Shown here piece by piece: positions 36,409 through 48,342 of a stretch of 64,000 nt of DNA (the first letter of the stretch is position 1; every line of letters starts with the position of its first letter). The stretch is from the NCBI GenBank assembly GCA_004431415.1, contig QPMI01000272.1, positions 30,367 through 94,366 of the forward strand, in the 5' to 3' direction. The notes under the pieces were generated by a model that saw nothing but the letters and a program-made list of their open reading frames with translations, ran no database searches and was not told the DNA's origin. The stretch comes from Cyanophora paradoxa CCMP329. Taxonomy: Eukaryota; Plantae; Glaucophyta. The position numbers and the translations under genes were made by a program.

Positions 36409-37257
36409 ATGCTGGTGTTGAGATGCAAGCTCATTATCCTCGGTGCGACTTTCTCCGAACTGCACACGCGCCCACTTTGAACGCGCCGCGGCAGGCGACG
36501 CGACAGTCGGAAAGAGCGCACTGACGCAGGCTTTCCATAACAACCATTACCCAAAGAACTACGTTATGGCAAGCCGCTCCCGCCTCGCCTCGTGCTTAGC
36601 TACGCAGCTGAGCCGGCGGCAGACCGTGGGCGTGGACTTCTGCGTGAAGCAGGTCGTCATACCAGATGCGAACACTACCGTGGAGCTGTACATATTCGAC
36701 ACTGCCGGCCAGCCGCTCTTCCGGGACAGTGCCCCGAAATACGTGCGCCGCCTTCGTGGGCTGCTGGAACGCCCCTAACGCCGGCCGCAGTGGGACAACG
36801 CGGCATGGGTCATGCTCGTGTACGATGCGAGCAACCCGAAGTCGTTCCAGAGCCTGAACGACTGGCTGGCGCTCTGCAAGAAGGTCCGGCCCAACATGCC
36901 CGGTGCGCTCAGCCGGCCCCCGCGCGCCCGCCGCGGCGCCCGCCGAGGCCGGCGCCAGGCGTGATCGTCGCGAACAAGACGGACATCGAGGAGCCGGGGG
37001 CGGTGAAGCCGCAGCAGGGGCAGGACCTCGCGCGGCAGCACGGCTTCGGCTTCTTCGAGTGCAGCGCGGTGCGAGCGAGCGCCGGCGCCGCGCCGCGCCG
37101 GGCCGCGCCGCGTCCGCCGGCCGCGGCCGACCTGTGCGCCGCGCGGCAGATGAAGGGGATGGACGGGCACGTCGACGCGCCGTTCAACTACGTGGCGAAC
37201 GAGTTCTACAAGCAGTACGAGGCGGCCCGGGAGCGCTACGCGACGCGCGTGCGATAG
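36409..37257 (+). CDS. IFT27: Intraflagellar transport protein 27 (RABL4 small GTPase)
   Basis: MLVLRCKLIILG|DATVGKSALTQAF..YPKNYVM|TVGVDFCVK..ELYIFDTAGQ..ANKTD..FFECSA..VDAPF; no prenylation motif; 5 introns. Confidence 0.92.
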
Positions 37258-37368
37258 CCGAGGGACAGCGAGGCATGGTCTGGTGCAATATTGATAGCAG
37301 CACACTGATTCGGTTCGACAATGCGTCTGACGAGGCGGGGAGGGGCCGCCGGAGAGCCGCCTGCAGGC

Positions 37369-40300
37369 TTAGATGGTGTCGTCCTTCTTGCCGAGCAGGT
37401 CTGCGCGGGCGTTCGTGAGGGGCGGCGCGGCCGGTCGCTCAAAGAGGGGCACCGTCGAAGGGGTTCGCGGGTGGGGCCGGCGCCGCCGGGGCGGTGGGGG
37501 TGGCCGGGGCCGCGAAGGGGTTGACGGGCGGCTTGGGCGGCGTCGGCAGGGCCTGCGGGCGGCGCGCCAAGTCAGCACAGCCGCTGTGGCAGACACGCGG
37601 GCGGCAGAGGCACCCGCGGGGGCACGGGGGGCAGGGGCGTGGTGGGCTTGGGCGGGAGGGCAGGGGCGGGGCGGCGGTCGGGGTGGAGGGGGCGACGGGC
37701 GGGGCGGGGGCGGGGGTCGCCGGCATCGCCGGCATCGCGGGGACCGGCGGCGGGGCCGGCGCCGCCGGCATCGCCGGCATGGCCGGCATGGCGGGCATGG
37801 CGGACATGGCGGGCATGGCCGGCATGGCCGGGAGCGAGTCGAAGGGGGACGGCGCGGGGGCGGCCGGGGCCGGGGCCGCCGGCGCCGAGCCGAGCAGCGA
37901 GTCAAAGGGCGAGGCCGCCGGGGCCGGCGCGGCGGGCGCCGCCGGAAGGGCCGCCGAGAGGGAGCTCAGGTCGCCGAGGGCGGAGGAGGCCGGGGCGGCG
38001 GCGGGGCGGCGGGGGCGGCCGGCACGGGGTCGCCGAAGGGGTTGAAGTCCTCGGCGGGGGCGGCGGGGGCGGCGGCGGCCGGCTGGGAGGCCTGCGCGGC
38101 GAAGCTGGCCCAGTCGTCGCCAGCGGTCGGGGCGGCGGCGGCGGGGGCCGGGCCGGGGCCGGGGCCGAGCTGGGCGGCGCCGGGAAGTCCTCGAAGCTCA
38201 GGTCTGCGGGGCGGCCGCCCGGCGGGGGCCGCTCAGGCGCGACGCGGCGCAAGGCGGGCGGGGCGGGGCGGGATCGCACCGAGGAGGTTCTGGGGGGCCG
38301 GCACGGCCGCCTTCGCCTCGTCAGAGCCGAGCAGGTCCACAGAGTCCGCCTGCCCCGCCAGTCACGCCCCGCGGGGGCCGCTCCGAGCGGGGCGGGGGCG
38401 GGGGCGGACGGCGGGGGCGGGGCTGTCGCCGAAGAAGCCCTCCTCCGCGAAGACCTCCCGGATGACCTGGTCCCGGACCTTGTTCTGCTTGTCGCGGTCG
38501 ACGTGCTTGACGGAGCAGCGGAAGAGGGCCGAGACGGGCCGGTGGTCCGACGTCCGGATCTCCGTGCGCCCGTACTTGAGCAGCTTGACGCCGTCGGGGT
38601 AGTTGGAGCGGTAGAGGACGCGGTCCGTCCAGGAGGGCGTGCGCGCCTTCTTGTCGAGGCTGTACTGGTCCGAGTTGGGCTCGTACTGGTACGAGGGGTT
38701 CCAGTCCAGCGCCCCCTCCTTGAAGCCGTAGAAGGGCGAGCTCTTCTGCTTGAGCTGGAGGCAGAGCTCCTCGCGCTCGACGAGCGGCGCGAGGTTGCCG
38801 TCGCGGATCATGCGCCGCGCGTCGTCGTTGGGCATTTGCACGCGGAAGTTGAGGTCCCCGAAGACGAACGAGTGGTCCTGGTCGAAGATCGAGTCGGCCT
38901 TGGCGTCCGCCGTGCCGGCCACCTCGTAGTTGACGCCGGCGACGATGTCGCGGAAGTCCTCGCAGCGCTTGACGAGCCGGTCGGGGTCCTTGCCGTGGGT
39001 GAGGATGCAGCCGACGAAGGAGAGCGGGGTGTCGCCCATAAGCATGCGGACGCCGATGGCCTTGAGGCCGCCGGCGAGGCCGCCCAGCCCCGCCTTCGTC
39101 GCCGACCGGTCCCGCACGTCATCCCCCAGCAGCTCCACCGACTGCGCGGCGGCGAGGGGCGTCGGCTGGAGAACGAGCGGGCGGGCGGGCGGCGGCTCGC
39201 AGCGGGGCGCACGGTCATCTTGACGTAGACGCCGAGCCAGAGGTTGACGAGGGGCTTGGAGACGACCTTGCGGTACTGCGAGCCCTGCGCCCCCGCCCCG
39301 CCGCCCGCCCGCCCGCGTCGGCCAAGGCACAGGAAGCGGGGCGGGGCGGGGCGGGGCGGGGCGGGGGGGGGCGGACGAGGACGTGGTCGCAGTGCTCCTC
39401 CCAGACCTTGTGGGCCACCGGATCCGTCTGGAAGATCGAACCCTGCGCGGCGCGGCGCGGCTCGAGCCGTCCGGCGAAGGCGGAGGCGGGGAAGGGGGCG
39501 GGGGCGGGGCACCTGAGAAAGGGAGACGAAGCCCTGCATGGTGATGGCGACAACGTCGGGGGCGTCCTTCAGCATCAGCCAGCCCGCCAGGCTCTCCTGC
39601 GGCTTCGAGCCGCCTGCGCCGCGAAGGTCGGGCGGGCGGTGGGGCGGGGAGGCGGTGGGGCGGGGGGCGGGGGGGCGGGCGGACCGACGTGCCAGGTGGC
39701 GCAGAGGACGGTGATCTCCTTGAAGGAGGCGTACTCGGGCTCCCGCTCCCGCATCTTGAACTGCACCTGCTCCAGCCGCTTGTCCCGGTGCGTCCGGTCC
39801 ATCTTCGTCACACCGAGCAGCAGGTCGATCGACTCCTGCCGCGCCCCGTCGCCGATCACCGTGTTGTACATCTGCCCCGCCCCGCGTCAGGCCGGAGCGC
39901 GGCGGGAGCGCGGCGGGGCGGGGCGGGGCGCGGGCGCGGGCCTTGACGGCGGCCTTGGCGGCGTCCTGCGCCATGCCCGTGATCGAGCGGGCGCCCGAGC
40001 GCGTGAAGTCCGACTTCAGCGCCCCTGCGCTGGCGTCAGCGCGGCGGGCGAAGCAGGGCCGGGCGGAGCAGCGGGGCGGGGCGGGCGGGCGGGCCTGTGC
40101 CGGTGTAGAACTCGGAGATGGCGTCGCCGTTGGCGGACCAGAGGAGCTTGAGGGCGTTGTCCAGCGCCGTCATGTCCGGGTCCACCGCTGTGCACCCGCC
40201 CGCCCCGCCCCGTCAGCCCCGCCGCCGCCGGGCGGCTGCGCGGGGCGCCCTCGCTCCGCGCACGGGAGACGAGGCGCATCTTGACGTTCGTCAGGCGCTC

Positions 40301-42813
40301 GACCTGCGCGGCGGAGGCCGGCTCGCTCGCGGGGCGGCGTGGGGGCGGGGCGGCGGCGGCAAGGGGGCGCGCCTGCAGCTCGAGGTAGGCGCGGGCGAGG
40401 AAGCTCTGCACGATGTTCGAGCGCGACAGGCTGCGCAATGGTCGGCCGGCTCGCGGGGCGGGGCGGGGCGCCGCCGGCAGCGAGCAGGGGGGGCGGGGGG
40501 TGCGCACCAGTCCATGCAGGAGACGCGGAAGACGCCGGCCTGCGTCGACTTGACCGTCCCGTTCACCTGCCGCCCGGCCCCGCCCGCTCGCTCGCCCGCC
40601 CGCCCCCGTCCCTCGTCCCTTCCTCGGGCGGGCGAGCAGACGCGCACGTTGGAGAAGTAGTTGAGGCGCTCGAACTCCTTGCGGGACTCGAGCTGCTTCC
40701 GCAGGTTCAGCACGTTCTCGTACCTGCCCGCGAGCCGTCAGCGGCCCCCGCGCGGCGCCGCGCGGGGCCGGCGGGGCCGGGGCCGGGGCCGCGCACTTGC
40801 CGCCCGCCGTCGCCGCGTGGAAGTCGAATGTGACGTACGCGACCTGAGCGGGCGCCTCAGGGGCGGGGCGGGGCGGGGCGGGAACGGGCGAGGCGCGCCT
40901 TGGGGTTCGCGAGGGTGCGCCACATCGTCTCGTAGGCGTTCGCCAGGGTGTGCTCGTTGCCCTGCTTGTCCAGCAGCGAGAGCGCGACCTGCGCCCCGCG
41001 CCCCGCGCCCCCACGTCGGCGGCGGCGGCGGCGGCGGCTCGCCCCGGCGCCCCCGCGCACCACTTCCTGGTACTGCTTGATCATCTCCTCGAAGTGGCGG
41101 CGGAAGGCCACCGCTTGGACCTGCGCGCCCCCGTCGCGCCGCGCGCGGCGCGCGGCGCGCGGGCGGCCGGCGGCCCCGCGGACCTCGGTGGGGGCGCTGA
41201 GCTTGGGGGTCGGCTTGAGCTCCAGGCGCGAGCTGTTCTCGGTGAAGAGGGTCCAGTAGAGCGGCGCCGAGCCGCGGATGAGCACGACCGACGCGATGTT
41301 GCCTGCGCGCCGCGTCAGCCGCGGGCCGCCCCGCGCCGGGCCCGAGGGCGCACTGTCGTCGGTGCACACGATCTGCTCCGTCTCCACGAAGTTCGCGACT
41401 GCGCTAGGGTCATCGAGGGCGCGCGGGCCGCCGGCTCGACGGGGGCGCGGCACCGTTGCCCGAGTCGTCCGTGCCGCGGGTCACGCTCGCCACGCCGGCG
41501 TGCATGATGGAGCTGCAGGCGCGTTAGGATAAAGATACGCGCGACCGGGACGAGCGCCAGAACAGGCAGGCACGGACCGGCGGCTGACGAGGACGTACTG
41601 GAAATCCTTGCCCTCCAGCGAGCAAGCGACCTGGCGGGGGAAATGAGAAGGAAGGAACATCGGCGACGGCGGCGAGCGTGCGCCAACCTGGCCGGCGAAG
41701 CCCTGCAGAGCGCAAGGTAAGCAATAGAAGCAGCGCGAGCAGCGGCGGGGCGGCGCACGTTGATGATGGGGAGGATCCAGTCGTGCGCGTCCGCGGCGAT
41801 CAACTTCTGGACGAGGGTGCGGTTCCAGAAGTAGGCGGGATCGGCGCGCTTCCACAGGGGATCCGACTGGCTGACGTTGACCGCGCGCTGGGCACTGCGT
41901 GTCAGGTCGTACTCCCGCGAAAAGAAGAAGTTGCCACTGCGAGAAGAAGGAAACGCGCGGTCAGCTCGGTCGTGCGGAAGCCGCCTGAGATCGTGGGGAG
42001 TGCGCACGTGTCGAAGAGCTGTTCCATGCCCTGGAACTCTCCGCGCTGACGAGCGGGTGTCAGGAAAGCACTTCCAGGCGGTACGCTCAGGCCGCACCAG
42101 CTCCTCATCGGCGCCGCGCTTGAACGGGATGAAGATGGACTTCTGGACCTGCGAGCGTGTGAGAAAGCGCCCTCGAAGAAGCTGAATGATGCTGGCGCCC
42201 ACCTTGTAGACTTCGGCCTTTCCGATGTCGGCCGTGTGAAGCGCTTCAGCGATGACACCGAGGAAAGCGTTGCCGGCTGGCGACTCGTAGATGCCGAGCA
42301 GGCCGTACAGGTCGCGTGTCACGGCACTCTTCTTCTCGCGCGCCTCATCCGAAGAGAGCTCTGCGCCAGGGAGGTCAGCGGGGGCCAATGAACGCGCGAA
42401 AGAAAGGAAAGCCGAGCATGGAATGACCCGCCCTCCAGCGCACCACGAACAGACACGTAGCACGTACGGCGGTCGATGACCAGAAATTTGCCATCGCCCT
42501 TGGGCGGCAGGGCCTCGAGGACGAGCAAGTTCGAGGCTTGGAGGGAGTAAAGGCGCGCGAGGGGCGGCGGCTGCGACGGGAATGAGGATGTCAGCGAATG
42601 TGGTGCGTATTCTGCGCCGCAGCGCTGCCGGAGCGCCGGAGCGCACGAGAGCCTTGCCAGACGGCCCCACGTAGCTATTCGCTTGCTGCGCAATGGACCG
42701 CCGTCAGCGGAGCGGGCCGAACGCGGCGCGGCCGGACGCACCGCGACGCCCTGCTGCTGGCGCAGCGTCGCGACCTCCTTCGACCCTCCTCCACCGAGTA
42801 GCTTCTTGAACAT
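37369..42813 (-). CDS. Synaptojanin-like protein: Sac1 domain + inositol 5-phosphatase domain + Pro-rich tail with 3 NPF motifs
   Basis: Sac: FFFSREYDLT, YFWN, VANFVETEQI, IRGSAPLYW, FDFH, RVSCMDCLSRSN, LWSANGDAIS..YTGT; 5-phosphatase: FGDLNFR, PSWTDRVL, SDHRPV; tail FNPF/VNPF/ANPF and (AMP)n. Confidence 0.92.
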
Positions 42814-42889
42814 CGCCGCTGCTTCCGGCGTTCCGCTAGCACCTCAAGCTAGCCGAGGGCCAAATATCGTACCCAACAATTTCGTTCGC

Positions 42890-44886
42890 ATGGCCGCGCC
42901 GAAGCTCTGCCCCGCTGCCGCGGCGCTCGCGAGGAAGGCCGCGGAGGCTGCAGGATCCGCAAGCAGCCCAGGTCAGAGCGCGCCTGCCCCGAAAGAAGTG
43001 CCGCGCCCGCGCAAGCCTCACCCCGCGCGCCAGATGAGCGCTGTCCAGTCACGGGGCTCACCCTGAAGGAGGCAATGGACAAGGAAGGTGCACTCCCCGC
43101 GCGCCGGCGGCAGTGGTCAAGATTCGATCCGAGCGCACGGTCCAGGGCGCGCGGACCCCGCACAGAGCGGGAAGGCGCTCGGTGGCACAGGCGACGCAGT
43201 ATCGAAGCCTGAGAGCGCAGCGGGAAGCTCGGGCGGTGGTGTGCATGGCCCGTCGGCTCTGATTATGAGCTCACGCGCGCCCGCACGCGGCCGTGCCTCG
43301 CAGCCTGCCCGTACGGGTTCAAGTCGAATGCAAAGGTTGCGGCCTCCCTCGATCCTTACACGTGCCCGGTGTGCAAGAGTCTCTTCTACGAGTGCTGCGA
43401 CGTGCTGCCGTGCCAGCACTCGTTCTGCGCGGGCTGCCTCCGGCGCTTCCGCGACTGTCCGATGTGAGCGCAGTCAATCTCTCATGTCATTCTTGGTACC
43501 TGTCGATGCGCTCACACCCGCCCCGCAGGTGCGGGCGCGATGTTGAGGGCGCCAAACCGAATGAGGAGAAGCAGCGGCTGATCAACGCGTACTTGCTAGG
43601 CGCGCCGGGCCCTCGCTCGCGCGCGCCTCCGCTTCTCTTACGCTGCGGGCGCAGCGCACGCGCATGAACACAAGGTGGAGACGGTGGGGCCCTTCTCGGG
43701 GCTCGAGGCGCCGAGCGGGAGCAGTGAGACCCCCGAGCGGATGCACAACCGGGCGGTCTTCCACCTTCAGTTGGCGCTCCGCGTGCGCCGCGCCCGCCCG
43801 CGCGCGCTCGCTTCGCAGCTGAAGACAGGCGCGCGCAGGCGCACGCGGCGGGGAACCTCGGCGCGGCGGCGGCGAGGTGCCAGGCGGCCAGGACGCACAT
43901 GATGGAGCTCATCGCGATGCTGAAGACGCCGCTGGACATCGAGCAGGCCCGTCCCCGTCCCCATCCCGGTCCCCGCCGCGGCCGCGCCCTCGCAGCGAGC
44001 CGGGGCGCGCAGGCTCAGTACGAGCTGGGGGTCGTCTGCGGGAAGCTCGGCGACGTGCGGGCCGCCGCGGGGGCCGCGGACGACGCCGAGCGGTGGTACA
44101 GGGACAGCCTGGCGGCCCTCCACGCCGCCGGGTCCGCCCCGCACATCACGCAGGCCCTGACGGTCCGCCCCCGCCCCGCCCCGGCGCGGCGAGGCCCCCG
44201 CGCTCAGCGGCGCGCGCGGGGGCAGGTCTCAGCAAACAAGCTGGGCGACCTGCTGTACCGCTGCGGGGTGCTGGAGGGGCGCGCGCGGTGTACGGGCACG
44301 CGCTGCAGCTGCGGCGGGGGGCGCTGGCCGCCGCGCCCCCGAGCGGAGGGACGACGCCGCCGTCGACGTCGCGGTCCGCTTCCCTTCGCTCTGCGCCCGC
44401 CCGGGGCGGGGCGGGCGCGTGAGCGGGGCGGGCGCGGCGGGCGGCAGGTGAGCCTGGGGAAGCTGGGGGACCTGGAGGGGCGGCGGGGCGCCCCGCGGAG
44501 GCGCGGGCGGCGCTGGCCGAGGCCCGGGGATCCTCTCCTCCCTGCGCCCGACCTGCGCTCCTCCGAGAAGGTCGGGCCCGCCCCGGCGCCCGGCGCGCGG
44601 CGCGGCGCGCCTCTGACCCAGCGCGCGCGCGCGCTGCCCTCAGTGCCAGCGGTACCTCGGCTTCTTCGAGAGCGCCCTCCGCGCGCTCGACCTCGACGGG
44701 CCCGCCTCGACCAGCGGCCAGTCGGCGTCGACGTCCGAACCGCAGCCGCAGCCTGCAGGAGAGAGCGCCGGCCCCGCCGCCGCCGCCGCCACCGCCGCCG
44801 CGGGCTCGTGCGCGTCGCCGCCCCAGCCGGCGCTGGGCCTCGGCCACGGCCAGGTGCCCCTAGGCGTCTCCACCAGGGTCTCCTAG
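42890..44886 (+). CDS. NCA1: NCA1-like RING + TPR protein (catalase chaperone family)
   Basis: CPYGF..TCPVCKSLFYECCDVLPCQHSFCAGCLRRFRDCPMCGRDV; TPR-like LGVVCGKLGD, ITQALT|VSANKLGDLLY, VSLGKLGD; needs a 1-nt correction near 44278, possibly another later. Confidence 0.8.
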
Positions 44887-45702
44887 GCCTACTTATGCTT
44901 GTACATGTACAGCTAGCTATATATAGCTGTAGCGCCTCGTGCGTACGTATACTTGCAATTGTAGATCTAGATATATATAGGTATAGTCGACGTCTTGATC
45001 ATGACTCTCCAGCCGGCGCCGCAGCTGGCAGCGCTCAATTGCAACGCCGTGACGGCTAGCGACTCGGCGAGCGCACGCATGGGCGATTTCAAGTTTCAAT
45101 TAATGAACATACATATGTTGTCATATCGAGGTCGTAGTATCGATGGATATACTATGATAAGCACGTTGATCATGATGTCTATTAAGTCTGGTCCATACGT
45201 ATACTGGCCCAGTGGTGCAGGATCCACTAGTTGACGTCAACTGATGAGCAACACGAACTCTAGATCTAAACACGCGCAATGCACTCGATCGAAAAATTTA
45301 AATGTGCCAATTTCTAATCGAAACTTAGGCCTGAGGGGCTTGTAAGGCAGGAAATCAGTAACTCTCGCACGCTGATTTGAATGAAACGGGTGTGGTGGCC
45401 CGATCTGACGACGAACCCGGAAAAAGTCGCCCAAAGTCGAACTCGGAAGGCAGCTGAAAACTCGCGGGCCTACATGTAAGCTGAAGGCCTAGGCCTGTAC
45501 ATGTCCGCAAAACAGACGAATCTCGAATTTCGAAATGTACCTGCGTTGAAACTAATTATAATGCTAAGCGGGGAAAGACAATCTGTAAATTGGTCGACTG
45601 TGGTTGGAAGACCAGCACTGCCATGGTACACTGAGCTAACTTTGGCACCTGGCGCTTCTACAGCTCTACCTAGCTGGTCAATGGGAAGCCCGGTCCGCTG
45701 AG

Positions 45703-48342
45703 CTATCTAGAGAAGTCAAAGCTGCTGCACAGGTCCAGGTGGCGCCGAACCACGCCGGAAGACCCCGAAATCGCACTCAGAGGCCAGCGGCGCAGGCGAG
45801 GGCCGCGGGGTCGGGGGCGGGCCCCCGCGCGGCGTAGCGCAAGCCGGTGGCGCAGGCAAGGGCCGCGGGGTCGGGGGCGGGCCCCGCGCGGCGTAGCCCA
45901 AGCCAGCGGCGCAGGCGAGGGCCGCGGGTCGGGGCGGGCCCCGCGCGGCGTAGCCCAAGCCAGCGGCGCAGGCGAGGGCCGCGGGTCGGGGGCAGGCCCC
46001 CGCGCGGCGTAGCGCGGGATAGGGGCTGGCGAGAGCTCCACCGGCACCAGCGCTGCGACGAGCTGGACCTGGGAGGGGCGGGTCGGCGGGGCGGGCGGGT
46101 GGGCGGGGCGGACAGGGCGGGGCGGGCGGGGGCGGACCTTGCGGACGCAGGTGCCGTCGGCGGGGACGGAGGTGAGGGCGTTCAGCCAGTCGCCCTCGCA
46201 GCGGAGCGGGGCCCCGCCGGGAGGCTCAGCTGCAGCCTCCGCCCGGCCGCCTCCGCGGGCAGCAGGGGCCCCAGGGCGGCGCGGACCTCGGCCTCGACGG
46301 CGGGGAGGGCGGGGCGCTCGCCGGGCAGCCGGAAGCGCACCATGTGCTCCCGCACGTCGCCTTCACCAGCACCGACGCCTGCCCCGCCTCCTCCGGCCCG
46401 CCACCCGCGCCAGCGGCCTCCCGCCGGCTGTGGCGGCTTCGGCGGCAGATCCGCCGCCCTCGCCGGCGGGGGCATCGACAAACGCGGCGGGGCGGGGCGG
46501 CCGCGCGAGTCGGCGGGGGCGTGGCCGAGCGCGAGGGTGGATCGGAGGGTTCGGCGGCCGGGCGCGCCGGGGCCGCGGCGGGGCGGGGGCGGGGCGGGGC
46601 GGGGCGGGGCCGGAAGGGGACGCGGGGCGGGAAGGAGAGGGTGACGGGGACGGCGCCGGGACGGGAGGCGCCCGGGCAGCGGGGCGCTGACGAGGATCGG
46701 GGAGGGCAGCTCGACGCCGGCGATGAGCCGCTCGTACGCCGCCGCCGCCGCCGCCAGCGCCGGCCCAGAGGGACCCCCCTCCTCCCCCCGCGCCGCCTGC
46801 TCATCCCGCTGCTGCTGCTGCTGCCGGCTGAGGGGGCCCTGCACAGCGATGGGGAGGGGCACGGGGACGGGGATCGCGTTCGGCGGGAGCAGGAGCCCCG
46901 GGGGCGGGGGCAGGCACGCGGCGAGGCTCCACGCCGGGGCGGCGGAGGCGGGTAGGATGGAGCGGGCGGCGACGGCGGCGGCGGCGCGGGCGGCCTCCTC
47001 GGGCCCGGCGCCGGCCTTGGCGGCAGCGCGGGCGGCGGCGGCGACGGCGGCGGCGAGGCCCTCGGGAAGGGCGGAGGCGTCGGCGGGGAGGTGCGCGGGG
47101 AGGCCGCAGGGGAGGCTGAGGGGCGAGGCCGGCCGGCTCCCGCACACGGAGGAGCCGCCCGAGGGCGCCGGCGAGCGCGGCGACGCCCCCGAGGACGAGG
47201 AGCCCGCGGGGGAGGGCAGCACCCAGCTCGACGGCGATGGCAGAGCCCAGCGCCCCGCCTCCGGCCCCGGCCCCCCGCTCCTCATCGTGAACGACTCCGG
47301 GGCCTGCGGCGGCGCGTCGGCGGCAGCTGCGTGGCCCCGGGCGCCGCGGCGGTCGCGAGGGCGCGGCACCTTCCGCATTCCGCTCAAAGATCGAAGTTTC
47401 CTCCCGGGCTGCGCGAGGGGCGGCGCGAGGGGCGGCGTTAACCCCGCGCTCCGCCGTGCGCCACTGCGGGGAGGAGAGAAGGTACCCAGCGGTGGATCCC
47501 GTACAGCCTGCTGATCTTCTTCAGGGTCTGCGCGGCCGGGCGGGCGGTTGACGTGAGCGGAAGCGCTGGCCTCTGCGCGCGAGAGCTGTCGGCGCACCGT
47601 CAGGGAGACCTCGAGCTTGCGGGCGGCAAGCAAGACGGGCATGGCGAAGCACTCCTCAATCGCGTCGTACGTGATCGTCCGCACCCGCTGCACGCCGCCG
47701 CCCGTCAGCGCCGGTCCAGGAAAGGAAAGAAAGAAAGAAAGAAAGAATGGAAAAGAGGGACTGCACCTTCTCGCCCGGTTTTGTGCACTGGACCAGGAAC
47801 TCCTCGTCCGGCGCAAGGAGCCTTCGGGGCTGGGCCTTCACCTTCTTCGGCCTTTTCACCGACAGCCGGGGCGCGTGCTGCCCCGCCGGCAACGCTGAGG
47901 GGCTCCCGGGCTCGCTCGCAGGCGCGGCGGCCTCCGTGTCGAAGTCCAGGTAGATGATCTCGTCGTCCAGCTCGGAGACGGGCAACCGCTCGGATACGTC
48001 TGGAACTTCTGCGTCTTGAGGCAAAGCACAGCACGCGCCCTCATCCTCAAACGCGCTGCTCCAGAAGAAGTCGTTCTCGCCGTCCTGCGTAGCGTTCAAA
48101 GAGCAGGGACGAGAGCGGGCGGGGGCCGCGTACGATATCGTCGACATCAAACTCTGATATGCAGGCGAGGGATTCTGCGGTTGCGAGGGGCCCTGGGCAG
48201 AACGTTGCGGATCAATTGTAAGACAGCAGCCAGGACCGGGTGACCCACCCGGCTGGACTCCGCCGAGCGCGGAGAGATGCAAAGAGAAGTCGAGCGCATC
48301 CCCTGAAGCGGTCGACGGGTCGCGTCCTGAAACGGCCTCCAT
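45703..48342 (-). CDS. RWP-RK transcription factor with a possible C-terminal PB1-like domain
   Basis: ITYDAIEECFAMPVLLAARKLEVSLT|TLKKISRLYGIHRW|PGRKLRSL; C-terminal MVRFRLP..EGDW (after an apparent 1-nt slip ~46218); 3' end uncertain. Confidence 0.8.
45783..46015. repeat. ~56-60 bp tandem repeat x4
   Basis: Unit ccagcggcgcaggcgagggccgcggggtcgggggcgggcccccgcgcggcgtagc(g/c)caag repeated. Confidence 0.9.
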
